DNA of 64,000 nucleotides from Spirochaetia bacterium. GTDB lineage: Bacteria; Spirochaetota; Spirochaetia; DSM-2461. Where the stretch lies: NCBI GenBank assembly GCA_963666985.2, contig CAXXIA010000002.1:256001-320000 (forward strand), given 5' to 3'. How positions within the stretch are numbered: the stretch's first letter is position 1; every line of letters starts with the position of its first letter. Positions 48,593-58,980 of the stretch are shown in pieces. Under the pieces are notes generated by a model. The model was not told where the DNA came from. It searched no databases and saw only the letters and a program-made list of their open reading frames with translations. The translations under genes were made by a program, and so were the position numbers.

Positions 48593-49006
48593 ATGAAGAT
48601 CAGACCTTACAGCGATACGGACCGCCTGCGGGTGGTACGGCTCTGGAGCGAATGTTTCGATTATCCGAAAGCGCATAACGATCCGGCCCTCTCCATCAGG
48701 CTCAAAACGGCGATGGACGACGGACTCTTCTTCGTCGCCGAAGAGAACGGCGAGCCGGTCGGAACGGTCATGGCCGGCTGGGACGGTCACCGCGGCTGGA
48801 TTTACTCCCTTGCCGTCAAAGCCGATTTAAGACGCCGGGGAATAGGCAGGGCGCTGATGGAACATGCTCTGGCGGAACTCGAGAAAAGGGACTGCCGCAA
48901 GGTCAATCTCCAGGTTATGGCCTCCAACGCCTCGGTAACCGAATTCTACAAACGCCTCGGCTTCAACGTCGAAGAACGCATCAGCATGGGCCGAACTCTT
49001 TACTGA
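48593..49006 (+). CDS. GNAT acetyltransferase (YpeA-like)
   Basis: GTVMAGWDGHRGWIY, RRRGIG, KVNLQV, FYKRLGF. Confidence 0.88.
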   Translation: MKIRPYSDTDRLRVVRLWSECFDYPKAHNDPALSIRLKTAMDDGLFFVAEENGEPVGTVMAGWDGHRGWIYSLAVKADLRRRGIGRALMEHALAELEKRDCRKVNLQVMASNASVTEFYKRLGFNVEERISMGRTLY

Positions 49007-49097
49007 GTTCCTCCGATTCCCGTCGGCCGATAATCGGATGCAAAAAATAACAAGGCTTTAAGGTGACACAATCGGCCTCCTGGTCTAACCTAGAATC

Positions 49098-49574
49098 ATG
49101 CGGGTACTTCAGCCCTTCGGTTTCAATTCAATATTCTTCCGCATAGGCGGGATTCTCTTCCTGAGCGCCCTCGGTGCATGCGGCCTTCAGGGAACTCGAG
49201 AAGATACCTCCGATATCGCCGAAGCCTTCTACGTGTTTCAAACATCAGGCGGCACTTCGTGGCCGGATGATTTGTTCGCCGACGAAGAGGTTGCCCGAAA
49301 GGCGGAAGACTTCGTCTCCCGGCGCGAGATGGAATACGGCGCGCTTCGTTCCTATAAGAAAGTCGCGTCGAATAAGCGTGTTTCCGTGGAAGCCGGAAGA
49401 CGTCTCGCCACGGCCACTTATGTCTTCGAAGTCTCCTGCGAGAACGGTCGAACCCGCGAAATCCTCACAATTTCAAAAGAAGGCGGGACGGGGTCTTTTC
49501 GTATTACCGAATACATCGTTGAAGAAATCCGCATGGAACAAAATTCCGTTCCGCTCGGAACCGGAACCGCATGA
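49098..49574 (+). CDS. Hypothetical lipoprotein
   Basis: Hydrophobic N-terminus with LGA-C lipobox. Confidence 0.6.
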   Translation: MRVLQPFGFNSIFFRIGGILFLSALGACGLQGTREDTSDIAEAFYVFQTSGGTSWPDDLFADEEVARKAEDFVSRREMEYGALRSYKKVASNKRVSVEAGRRLATATYVFEVSCENGRTREILTISKEGGTGSFRITEYIVEEIRMEQNSVPLGTGTA

Positions 49575-49620
49575 AGAAACCCGCAATTCACAACTCTCCC
49601 GTATTCTTTGGATTCGTCCA

Positions 49621-50226
49621 ATGATCTATTCACTCATCGACGTGGAAACCACGGGACTCTCGTCCGGCTCCGGCGACCGGATTCTTGAAATCGGCGTGGC
49701 CCGCCTTACCGAAGACGGGAACATCACCGATGTTTTCGATACGCTGATAAATCCGGGCAAACCGGTTCGAGCCACTCACGTTCACGGCATTACCGATGCC
49801 ATGGTGGCCGCCGCTCCCACTTTCGGCGATATCATCGAAAGGTTATGCACGGTCCTTGAGGGCACAATTCCCGCGGCCCACAACGCGAGTTTCGACATGG
49901 GATTCCTTAAAGAAGAATTCCGCCGGGCCGGGACTCCGTTTCCCCGCTTCAATCCGGTCTGCACTTTAATTCTTGCCCGAAGGCATATGAGCCGCCTGCC
50001 GTCGAAATCATTGGAAAGCTGCAGACGCTATCTCGGGATTGACGATAGCGGCGCGCACAGTGCTCTTGCCGACGCCAGAGCGGCGGCCGGCGTGCTTCGA
50101 TATATCATCGAATCGTACGGCCTTCCGGAACGGTCGACTCCCTTTAAGTCGCCTTTCACGAGAAACAACGAACAGCCGGAACTCTTCGGTGAAGCACCCG
50201 CTCCGCTGAAACCGAGGCTGTCATAA
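49621..50226 (+). CDS. DEDDh 3'-5' exonuclease (DnaQ-like)
   Basis: DVETTG, HGIT, AHNASFD, HSALADA; start reassigned to ATG 49621. Confidence 0.92.
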   Translation: MIYSLIDVETTGLSSGSGDRILEIGVARLTEDGNITDVFDTLINPGKPVRATHVHGITDAMVAAAPTFGDIIERLCTVLEGTIPAAHNASFDMGFLKEEFRRAGTPFPRFNPVCTLILARRHMSRLPSKSLESCRRYLGIDDSGAHSALADARAAAGVLRYIIESYGLPERSTPFKSPFTRNNEQPELFGEAPAPLKPRLS

Positions 50227-50237
50227 GGAATAATGAG

Positions 50238-51332
50238 ATGAAAGTCATCCTGGTCATCAATCCCGGATCCACAAGTACGAAGGCGGCCCTGTATGAGGCC
50301 GATGATTCCTGGAACGTCCGGGAAATTCGATCATCCAACGTAAAACACGATCCGAAAGAACTCGCGGCGCTGAGTGAGCTTGCGGATCAGCGCGAAATGA
50401 GAATTGAGGCGATACGGCGGTTCCTTTCCGAAGCGGGGAATCCGAAATTGGATGTTATCGCCGGCCGCGGAGGTTTGACACGTCCCGTGGAAGCCGGTTC
50501 CTACCGCATTGATGAGAAAATGAAGCACGATCTTCTCTCTTCCCGGTACGGAACCCATGCGTCGAATCTCGGCGCCGTCATCGCCGACGAGATGGCCCGT
50601 GAACGAGGGATTCCCTCTCTCATCGCCGATCCGCCGGGCGTGGATCAGTTCGAACCGCTCGCCCGCTATTCCGGTCATCCCGATCTGCCCAGACGATGTC
50701 AGCTCCACGCCCTGAACATGAGGGCCGTTGCCCGGGAAGCCGCGAGAGATCTCGGCGGTGCCATGGAAGACTTCCGATTCATTATCGCCCATCTCGGCGG
50801 AGGCATTTCCGTCGGTCCCATGAAGGAAGGCCGCATAATAGACGTGAACCATGCCACCGACGGAGGTCCCTTTTCACCGCAGCGGAGCGGCGGCCTTCCC
50901 CTTCTTCCGCTTGTGGAAGCGTGTTTTTCAGGCCGCTGGAAAGACTATAAAGAGGCCGAAACGGAACTCACCCGCCGCAGCGGCCTTCTGGCCTACCTGG
51001 GAACCGACGACGGAAAGAAAATCGAAGAGATGGCCCTGGCCGGAGAACAGCCCTGGCTTGAAACCTACCAGGCCCTGGCCTATCAGATATCCAAGGAAAT
51101 CGGCGCCATGGCCGCGGTTTTAAACGGCCGCGTGGATGCAATCCTGCTCACCGGAGGGCTCCCCCATCCGCCGCTTTCGGACTGGATTCGCGAGCGGGTC
51201 GAATGGATCGCTCCGGTCCGCATTTATGTTGGAGAAAGGGAACTGGAAGCTTTGGCCAGGGCCGCCGCCCGCCTGGTATTCGGCGAAGAAGAACTCCTGG
51301 AATACGGAGAGGGCCGAACGGAAGGCCTTTAA
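50238..51332 (+). CDS. buk: Butyrate kinase
   Basis: INPGSTSTK, GRGG, HASNLG, HALN, HLGGGISV, GPFSPQRSG. Confidence 0.93.
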   Translation: MKVILVINPGSTSTKAALYEADDSWNVREIRSSNVKHDPKELAALSELADQREMRIEAIRRFLSEAGNPKLDVIAGRGGLTRPVEAGSYRIDEKMKHDLLSSRYGTHASNLGAVIADEMARERGIPSLIADPPGVDQFEPLARYSGHPDLPRRCQLHALNMRAVAREAARDLGGAMEDFRFIIAHLGGGISVGPMKEGRIIDVNHATDGGPFSPQRSGGLPLLPLVEACFSGRWKDYKEAETELTRRSGLLAYLGTDDGKKIEEMALAGEQPWLETYQALAYQISKEIGAMAAVLNGRVDAILLTGGLPHPPLSDWIRERVEWIAPVRIYVGERELEALARAAARLVFGEEELLEYGEGRTEGL

Positions 51333-51557
51333 ACAGCCCGAGATGCGCGGCGAACGTCCCGGGAAATCCCAAACCGCGGGAATGAACGCCTGCTTTCCCC
51401 TGAGGAGTATCGAAGAAGCGCGGACCGAATCCTCCGAATCGATTTCCCGGGACTCCCGGCACGCCGAAACCCCGAAGGATTAGGCGAAAAAAACATTCTT
51501 CCGATCCTCTTACAAAAACGATTCCACATCGGCGCATCGTTTTGCTAAAATTATTAT

Positions 51558-53018
51558 GTGCTGAACGCTCTGAGAATCATCCTTTATTGGGCGAACTTCG
51601 TGCTCGTTGTTCTCACCATTCTCTCAATCCTCAAAACACGAAAATCTCCATCGGCCTCGCTTGCATGGATACTGGCCATCCTCGTTCTTCCTGTCGTAGG
51701 CCTTGTCGCTTATCTTCTGGCGGGGATGGATTGGAAGAAGTTTAAAATCGTAAACCGAATACCGGAGGAAGTCTTTTCGGACTATTTGTCGTCAACGCTG
51801 GAAGCTCAACAGAAGCTTATCGATGAATTGGCTCATTCGGATGATTCCAGGAATCGAAGAGCCGCCAGAAATATCAGACTGCTTAACGTCGCGGCCTCCG
51901 CACCGGTGGCCGGCGGGAATACGCTTACTTCGTATTTTTACGGAGAGGCTAAATTCGAAGCCCTGCTGGCGGACATCGCCGCGGCCCGAGAGTCCATCCA
52001 TATGGAGTACTATATTTGGAGATCGGACGGCTTAGGCCGGAAGATTCTCGAAGTTCTGGCTCAAAAGGCATCCGAAGGCGTAACCGTCCGGCTCTTGTTC
52101 GACGGATGGGGATCTTTCGGGAAAATCTCCTATTCCTACAGACGTGATTTAAAGGCCGCCGGGATCGAATTCGCCTATTTTCTGGATCTCGCCAATCCCC
52201 TTGCCCGACTGAAAATCAATTACCGCAACCATCGGAAAATCGCGGTAATCGACGGCCGGATCGGCTATGTGGGAGGCATGAACGTCGGAGAGGAATATGT
52301 CACGGGCGGCAAACGGTTCCCCGAATGGCGGGATACGCACCTCCGCATTGAGGGTCCCGCCGTATCCCTGCTCCAGGCCGTATTTCTCGTGGATTGGCAT
52401 AACAGCGGAAAAGAACTGCTCCTGGACGAGTCCATGTTCCCGAGAATCGGACTTCTTGAGGAGAAACCGGGGATTCCCGTCCAGATAGCCATCAGCGGCC
52501 CCGATTCCCGCTGGGACGGGATTCGGCTTCATTACATCGAACTTTTAAGCGGAGCCAAGGAAGAGATTCTCATCCAGACGCCGTACTACATTCCGGGCGA
52601 GGCCTTGGAACAGGCCATGATCGCGGCCGCGCTTCGAGGCGTCCGCGTGGTTATGATGACCGTCGGGAAACCGGATAAACGGATTCCCTACTGGGCCGCT
52701 CAAACCTACTTCACGCCCCTTTTGGAAGCGGGCGTTGAAATCTATCGATACCGCGCAGGATTTCTCCATTCCAAGGTGTTTATTCAGGATCGAATCATCG
52801 CCTCGGTGGGCACCTGCAACGTCGATACCAGAAGCTTCCTTTTGGACTACGAAATCAACGCCGTTTTATACTCCCGCGAGCAGGCGGAACTCCACGCGCA
52901 GCAATTTCTAAAAGATTTGGAAACCTGCAGTCAAATTACACAAGAAGATTTGAAAAAACTCTCTCAGTTCGCAAAACTCAGAAACGGCCTGTTCCGGCTC
53001 CTCTCGCCGCTCATGTGA
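51558..53018 (+). CDS. cls: Cardiolipin synthase
   Basis: Two N-terminal TMs; two HKD motifs (RNHRKIAVID, LHSKVFIQD). Confidence 0.95.
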   Translation: MLNALRIILYWANFVLVVLTILSILKTRKSPSASLAWILAILVLPVVGLVAYLLAGMDWKKFKIVNRIPEEVFSDYLSSTLEAQQKLIDELAHSDDSRNRRAARNIRLLNVAASAPVAGGNTLTSYFYGEAKFEALLADIAAARESIHMEYYIWRSDGLGRKILEVLAQKASEGVTVRLLFDGWGSFGKISYSYRRDLKAAGIEFAYFLDLANPLARLKINYRNHRKIAVIDGRIGYVGGMNVGEEYVTGGKRFPEWRDTHLRIEGPAVSLLQAVFLVDWHNSGKELLLDESMFPRIGLLEEKPGIPVQIAISGPDSRWDGIRLHYIELLSGAKEEILIQTPYYIPGEALEQAMIAAALRGVRVVMMTVGKPDKRIPYWAAQTYFTPLLEAGVEIYRYRAGFLHSKVFIQDRIIASVGTCNVDTRSFLLDYEINAVLYSREQAELHAQQFLKDLETCSQITQEDLKKLSQFAKLRNGLFRLLSPLM

Positions 53019-53076
53019 AAACCGCAGGCCGCCCGGCGTGTCCAACCGCCGGAAACCGTTCATATCCGATACCCGT

Positions 53077-56000
53077 TTATCGGCCCGTGGCTCCTTGCAC
53101 CCCTGTTTGAGGTTTCCCTGAAGAAATGGAGAACTCCAGGCGATAGCGCCGGAAAGCTTTCATTCGGTACTTTTTCAGCAGCGCCAGAACACCCGGCAAG
53201 CTTCCGCCCACACCGCGCTGGCCAGCATCAAGATGAACATGCAGGTTTTCGGATTTTTTCAGCTCAAAATCATGCCGCGCCGCGGCGATCTCTTCCCTGG
53301 AAGCGTACATTGCGGAGAAATCGATTGTTGACCCCCGAGCGGTGAATGTTACGGTTGAAGGACCGTCTGAAAAAGAAACCCGGCGGATGCCGGTACGGTT
53401 ACCGCTTTCCTGAGGCATCAGATAATGATGCGGCAAATCGGCCGCATCGGCGCTGTAGAGCCCGACACAGGCGCCGGCTTTCCGGTCCGCATAGCACTCC
53501 TGCGGTCCCAGGCCGTACCAGGAGACTTTGCGAAAACGGCCCAAAAGAGCGAAAGAAGTTCCGAAACGGATCAATTCCCGCACCGGCATCCCTTTGAAGC
53601 TCATCATTACCGTTCCGTCGCCGCGGAAAAGAATTTCCTGGCGGACACCCCGGAGAAAACCGCGAACCGAAAGACGAAAAACCGCTTTAAGACCGGAGGC
53701 TTCCGCGCTCACCCGCGGCGGTTTCGCCGATCTCTCCCTTGCCGCGCTTTCCCAGCCGCGGCCGTAGACAACATCGGCGGCCCGATACGCGATTCGCCTT
53801 AAAGCTTTCCCGGCCGCACCCGCGCCGAGGAACTCATCAAGAAAGCCGGCGGCGCCCAACTGCTCGTTATCGGTCGGCGCACGGAAAAAATCGGGACCGA
53901 GCGGTGCCGCCAGAATATTTCCCCTGCCGAAATCCAGAGCCTCCAAAGCTCCGTCTTCCAGCCGTATGCGCGCGCCGAGACCGGCTCCGGCGACGACAAG
54001 ACGGCCGTCCACCTCGCCGTGCTTCCATTCGACTTTGTCGGATGCGGGCTGATCATCTTTTTGATCCGCTCCGGCGCCGCCGGAATCATCGTTTCCCTTC
54101 GTTTCAACCCCAGCGCTTTTTCCGGCCGGGTTTTTATCATCGCCGCGGCCGATTCCGGCCTCGCCGCCCGATTCGACCGGGATTTCCAAGTGAGAAAATA
54201 TCGCATCCCGAGGCGCCGATCGTCCCGCCGCCGAAGGCACCGCCAGCTGCAGTTTGGCAACCTCATACCCCTCCGGCGCCCAGGCCGCCGCTTCCTTCAA
54301 TTTCAAAGAAAAGGTTAGAAACCCTTCCCCCTCGGCCGGGAAGGCCGCCAAATCCCGGTACAGATTGACGGCTCTCCGCTCGTGCGGCGCGACTCCGGAT
54401 TGAAGGACCTTTCCGTCGGCCACGGCAATCCCGTCCCGCTCCAAGGTCCATTCGAGTCTGTACGCGGATAAATCCGCGTGGTCGTGGCGGTTGGTCAGAA
54501 AGATCCGTCCGACGGACAAGTCGTCCGCTTCAACGGCTATCGGCGCATACAGTGCTTTCACTTCGGCGGCCTCGGGCTGAGGCTTTCTGTCGGCGGTAAA
54601 AATCCCGTCGGCGCAAAAAATCCCGTCATGCGGACTCTCGCCGAAATCGCCGCCATAGGCCAACTGCTCGCCGACAGGAGCATCGGCGGAGGATTCAGTA
54701 TTCACGGCCGCCTTGTTAGCAGCGGCTCCGGGGCTCTTGCTCCCGTCCGCCGCCGCACCGCCGGCCGCGCTGTCACCGCCGGAACTCAAACCCGCCGCAT
54801 CACCGGCCGCGTTGTCACCGCCGGAACTCAAACCCGCCGCATTCCCGCCGGCCGCGGCGTTCACATCCGCTGTGCCGCCCTTGCCGGACTCGGCGCTCAA
54901 ACCCGCGGCGTTCACAGCGCCGTGACCGGACTTTCCGCCCGCGCCAGCCGCCCCTACGTCCGCATCACCGCCCGCGCTCCCGCCGAAATCCTTATACAGA
55001 GCCTGATCGGAAAAATCCCAGATGAACGCACCGGCGATCCGCGGATACTTTTCAATCACTTCCATGTAGTCGGAGAAATTCCCCAAGCTGTTCCCCATGG
55101 CGTGGGCGAATTCGCAAAGAATAAACGGCTTGTCCCGATATTGCCGGGGCTTCACTTTCCACCCGAAACGGCGTCCCGGCATTTCACCCCGGGCCACCCG
55201 GACCGCCTTCCCCCGGCCGATGCGCTCCACAGCGGAAACAACCGGATACATCAGACTGAACACATCCGAAGTATCCAGCTTATGATCACCCTCGTAGTGA
55301 ATGGGCCGGGTGGTATCCAGCGAGCGCGCCGCCTTCTTCATCGCCATAAAATTCTTCCCGTGTCCCGCTTCGTTCCCCAGCGACCAGAGAATAATGCTGG
55401 GATGATTTCTGTTGGTCAGAACCATCCGCTCCATGCGTTCCACGCAGTTCTCCGTCCATTCGGGACGGGAAGTCGGCAGCCTGTGACGCAAGCCGTGGCT
55501 TTCCACATTGGCCTCGTCGATCACGTACAACCCCAAACGATCGGCGATATCGTACACAGCCTCGGGATTCGGATAATGACTGCAGCGCAGAGCATTGATG
55601 TTGTGCCTCTTCATCAGCACCAGGTCCGACTCAATCACCTCGAGAGGCACCGCCTGACCCCATCGGGGGTGAATGTTGTGCCTGTTGACCCCGCGAAGCT
55701 TCACCCTCATGCCGTTCACCCGAAGCTCGGCGCCCTCTCTCCCGGTAACAATGTCCACCTGACGGAAACCCCAATCCAGAGAACGGATATCGACAATTCC
55801 CTCATCGCCGCGCGCCTCAACAATCAGCCTGTAAAGAAAAGGATCTTCGGCGCTCCACTTGTGCGGATTGCCCACCGTCACCGGCAGATCCGCGGAAACC
55901 GCCCCCTCCGCGCTCAGTGAAACCTCGCTCTCGCCGCTTGAGGCGAAAATATCCTCGCTGCCCCTCTCATAGAGATACCAGCGGACCGTCCGCCTGCCCC

Positions 56001-56892
56001 CCGAGCCCGACGGTGCCGCTCCCAAACGCACCGAAACAGTCAATTCCGCCTTCTGAAACGCGGAATCAAATCGGCAGCGCGCAAAAACATCCTCAATACC
56101 GCCTTCGGGCTGCAAATACAGCGTCACCGGACGAAAAATACCCGCCAGGCGCCACATATCCTGATCTTCAATGTAGGTACCCGCGCACCACTTGTAGACC
56201 CGAACGGCGATGAGGTTTTTTCCCGGCCGCAGAAAATCTCCCACGGCGAACTCGGCCGGAGAATAGCTATTCTGCGTGTACCCAACCATTTGTCCGTTCA
56301 CCGCTATTTCCGCGGCGGAACGAATCCCTTCGAAGCGCAGAATCGCGGTTTTCAGGCGGTCGGTCCATTCTTCGGGAACCTCGATTATCTTGCGGTAAAT
56401 CCCCGTGGGATTGTCGTTTGGGTTAATGGCGGGAGGATTCTTGATATCGTGGGAATAGGGATAAACGACGTTGTTGTACTGGGGAATCCCGTAGCCGTGC
56501 ATTTCCCAGTTGGCCGGAACGGGGATGGTGTTCCATTCACCGTCGCCGCAGTCCTCATCCAGTCCGTCCGCTCGCGCCTGCGCGGGAGAGGGCGCCCAGG
56601 AGAACTTCCAATCACCATTAAGCGAAAGAACAAAAGGATGGGCGGCTGCGGACTCTGCGGCTGTCCCTCTCGCGGTTTTTCCGGCGGCGACGGCGGCCGC
56701 CCCCCTTTGAGAGGCGGCGGATTCGCCGAGGGCTCCCACACCCGTCCCGGCCGCCGCTTCCGCGATGGAGGCGTTCGGAAGTCTTAAAAAACGTCCCGCC
56801 AGCTTATTCCGCCCCGTAATCCTCGGATTCTGCCAATCTTCGGTCAATTCCGAAGGATTTTCACATCGATATCTGAGTCTTTCGTCGGTCAC
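53077..56892 (-). CDS. lacZ: GH2 beta-galactosidase (LacZ-type) with low-complexity insertions
   Basis: EDQDMWRLAGIFR, GVNRH, SHYP, WSLGNE (acid/base), CEFAHAMGNS (nucleophile), YGGDFG, WYGLGPQECYADRK. Confidence 0.93.
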   Translation of the reverse strand: MTDERLRYRCENPSELTEDWQNPRITGRNKLAGRFLRLPNASIAEAAAGTGVGALGESAASQRGAAAVAAGKTARGTAAESAAAHPFVLSLNGDWKFSWAPSPAQARADGLDEDCGDGEWNTIPVPANWEMHGYGIPQYNNVVYPYSHDIKNPPAINPNDNPTGIYRKIIEVPEEWTDRLKTAILRFEGIRSAAEIAVNGQMVGYTQNSYSPAEFAVGDFLRPGKNLIAVRVYKWCAGTYIEDQDMWRLAGIFRPVTLYLQPEGGIEDVFARCRFDSAFQKAELTVSVRLGAAPSGSGGRRTVRWYLYERGSEDIFASSGESEVSLSAEGAVSADLPVTVGNPHKWSAEDPFLYRLIVEARGDEGIVDIRSLDWGFRQVDIVTGREGAELRVNGMRVKLRGVNRHNIHPRWGQAVPLEVIESDLVLMKRHNINALRCSHYPNPEAVYDIADRLGLYVIDEANVESHGLRHRLPTSRPEWTENCVERMERMVLTNRNHPSIILWSLGNEAGHGKNFMAMKKAARSLDTTRPIHYEGDHKLDTSDVFSLMYPVVSAVERIGRGKAVRVARGEMPGRRFGWKVKPRQYRDKPFILCEFAHAMGNSLGNFSDYMEVIEKYPRIAGAFIWDFSDQALYKDFGGSAGGDADVGAAGAGGKSGHGAVNAAGLSAESGKGGTADVNAAAGGNAAGLSSGGDNAAGDAAGLSSGGDSAAGGAAADGSKSPGAAANKAAVNTESSADAPVGEQLAYGGDFGESPHDGIFCADGIFTADRKPQPEAAEVKALYAPIAVEADDLSVGRIFLTNRHDHADLSAYRLEWTLERDGIAVADGKVLQSGVAPHERRAVNLYRDLAAFPAEGEGFLTFSLKLKEAAAWAPEGYEVAKLQLAVPSAAGRSAPRDAIFSHLEIPVESGGEAGIGRGDDKNPAGKSAGVETKGNDDSGGAGADQKDDQPASDKVEWKHGEVDGRLVVAGAGLGARIRLEDGALEALDFGRGNILAAPLGPDFFRAPTDNEQLGAAGFLDEFLGAGAAGKALRRIAYRAADVVYGRGWESAARERSAKPPRVSAEASGLKAVFRLSVRGFLRGVRQEILFRGDGTVMMSFKGMPVRELIRFGTSFALLGRFRKVSWYGLGPQECYADRKAGACVGLYSADAADLPHHYLMPQESGNRTGIRRVSFSDGPSTVTFTARGSTIDFSAMYASREEIAAARHDFELKKSENLHVHLDAGQRGVGGSLPGVLALLKKYRMKAFRRYRLEFSISSGKPQTGVQGATGR
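54761..54856. repeat. In-frame 42-bp tandem repeat (2 copies plus a partial) inside lacZ
   Basis: CCGGCCGCG(C/T)TGTCACCGCCGGAACTCAAACCCGCCGCAT at 54761 and 54803, encoding AAGLSSGGD(N/S)AAG. Confidence 0.85.
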
Positions 56893-57251
56893 CGGTTTGC
56901 GCCTCCAACTGCATAAATCGATGAGGAGACTATCACGGAACGCACCGGAGACAAAGACCCGATTGCATGGTGCATTACCTGCAGCAGATCATTGAATCAA
57001 ACTCGGATTCGGAACTCGCCGAAAATCTTTCGGGTTAAGACTCTCTTAAGGCAATTTCATCATTCACGGATTTCCCTTTACCCGATATCCGAACACGCTC
57101 AAGAATCGCTTTCGAAAGGTTTTCCCGTGAAAAACTCCGGATTATTAAATTCGCTTCGGCTCTTATAAAAATCCCTTGCCCGGAGCGGTTAAAAAAATCT
57201 AGACTTAAACGACCTTTCGCCGGCGCGCCGGCCCTATAAACGGAGAGAATC

Positions 57252-58829
57252 ATGGCCTTGAAGTGGACGAACCTCGATCAAACGGAATCCTACCATCAGC
57301 TCCGCCGGACGGACACGCTGGTAAGCCTCCGTGACGACTTGGATAAAAAGCGTATCGCCGACCGGCGAATACCCGCGGGCGCGGGAATGGATTTCCACTA
57401 CGGCGCCGCGATGCTCACGGAAACCGATATCGACAGGCTGCAGGCTCTCTCCGATGAGCAGCAGCTGGTTGAAAAATATCAAATTCTGCTGGACGGCGAA
57501 CGGGTCAATACCGGCGAGAACCGCCGGGTTCTGCACCACCTGACACGGGGCCGCGTCGGGAAAAACGTCGTTGAAGACGGTGTTGATCTGGGCGATTTCT
57601 ACGCGGAACAGAAGAAACGAATCGCCGAATTCGCCGAGAAGGTTCATTCGGGCAAAATCACGGGCTCCACGGGGAAAATCTTCGATACGGTTGTTCAAAT
57701 CGGTATCGGCGGTTCGGACCTCGGACCGAGGGCCCTGTATCTGGCCCTCAAAATGGCCGTAAAATCGAAAATGAAGGCTTATTTTGTTTCCAATGTCGAT
57801 CCTGATGACGCGGCCGATATCATAGAAAACATCAGTCCGGAAACAACGCTCTTCATTCTGGTCTCAAAGAGCGGAACCACGCAGGAAACTCTGGCCAACC
57901 GCGACCTTATCATGGAGCGCATGAAAGCCTCAGGAGCGGCCGGATATAACCCGTCAAAACACCTGGTGGCCGTTACCAGCAAAACCAGTCCCCTGGCCGG
58001 TTCCGATACGGTCCTCGATTCTTTCTATATCGACGATTACATTGGCGGCCGCTACTCTTCAACGAGCGCCGTCGGAGGGGTTGTTCTGTCCCTGGCCTTC
58101 GGAGCGGACGTTTTTAACGATCTTCTCAAAGGAGCCCATGAAGCCGATGCGGCGGCCCTGGAACCGAACATTCGAAAAAACGCATCACTCATGGACGCAC
58201 TCATCGGCGTGTTCAACAGAAACGTCCTGGAACTCCCCTCGACGGCCGTTCTCCCCTACAGCCAAGCTCTTTCCCGGTTTCCGGCTCACCTTCAGCAGCT
58301 GGACATGGAATCCAACGGAAAAAGCGTGAACCGCAGCGGCGAGAAAGTCGGTTATTCCACCGGCCCGATCGTTTTCGGTGAACCGGGCACCAACGGCCAG
58401 CATTCGTTCTATCAGCTCCTGCATCAGGGCACGGATATCGTTCCCCTTCAATTCATCGGATTCCGCTCTTCCCAAGCGGGCGAAGATGTTAAAACGGACG
58501 GTTCCACGAGCCAGAAGAAACTGAACGCCAACCTGGCGGCTCAAATTGTCGCCTTCGCCAAGGGCCGCCGAAACGACAATCCGAATAAGAACTTCGACGG
58601 CATGCGTCCCAGCACCCTATTGGCGGCCGATAAACTGAACGCCCGGGTTCTTGGCGCCCTGCTGGCTCATTTTGAAAATAAGGTGATGTTCCAGGGGTTC
58701 TGCTGGAATGTGAATTCCTTTGATCAGGAAGGCGTGCAGCTGGGAAAAATCCTCGCCAAATCCGTTCTGGACGGCAGCACCGACGACGAGGCGCTGAAAG
58801 CCTACGCCGGGATTCTCGGCGTTCAATAA
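57252..58829 (+). CDS. pgi: Glucose-6-phosphate isomerase
   Basis: IGIGGSDLGP, SKSGTTQET, GGRYS, QQLDMESNGK, GTNGQHSFYQL, FDQEGVQLGK. Confidence 0.98.
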   Translation: MALKWTNLDQTESYHQLRRTDTLVSLRDDLDKKRIADRRIPAGAGMDFHYGAAMLTETDIDRLQALSDEQQLVEKYQILLDGERVNTGENRRVLHHLTRGRVGKNVVEDGVDLGDFYAEQKKRIAEFAEKVHSGKITGSTGKIFDTVVQIGIGGSDLGPRALYLALKMAVKSKMKAYFVSNVDPDDAADIIENISPETTLFILVSKSGTTQETLANRDLIMERMKASGAAGYNPSKHLVAVTSKTSPLAGSDTVLDSFYIDDYIGGRYSSTSAVGGVVLSLAFGADVFNDLLKGAHEADAAALEPNIRKNASLMDALIGVFNRNVLELPSTAVLPYSQALSRFPAHLQQLDMESNGKSVNRSGEKVGYSTGPIVFGEPGTNGQHSFYQLLHQGTDIVPLQFIGFRSSQAGEDVKTDGSTSQKKLNANLAAQIVAFAKGRRNDNPNKNFDGMRPSTLLAADKLNARVLGALLAHFENKVMFQGFCWNVNSFDQEGVQLGKILAKSVLDGSTDDEALKAYAGILGVQ

Positions 58830-58980
58830 ACGCCCTCCCCCGGAAGCGGAATCAAAACCGATATCTGCATCGAGCGCCCCTCTCAGCTCACTCAGTCAAA
58901 TGACTGCGGATTAATTTTTTTGGAAAGATTCATCCGTATATCTTAAAATTCTCCCTATACGCTTGAAAGAGACATCAAAA

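Noticed and set aside
49174..49620. Long N-terminal extension of the exonuclease ORF
   Set aside because: Overlaps the lipoprotein gene in another frame; the DEDDh domain starts at ATG 49621.
50238..51332. buk without a neighbouring ptb
   Set aside because: Unlinked buk genes are common; cannot be judged from one window.
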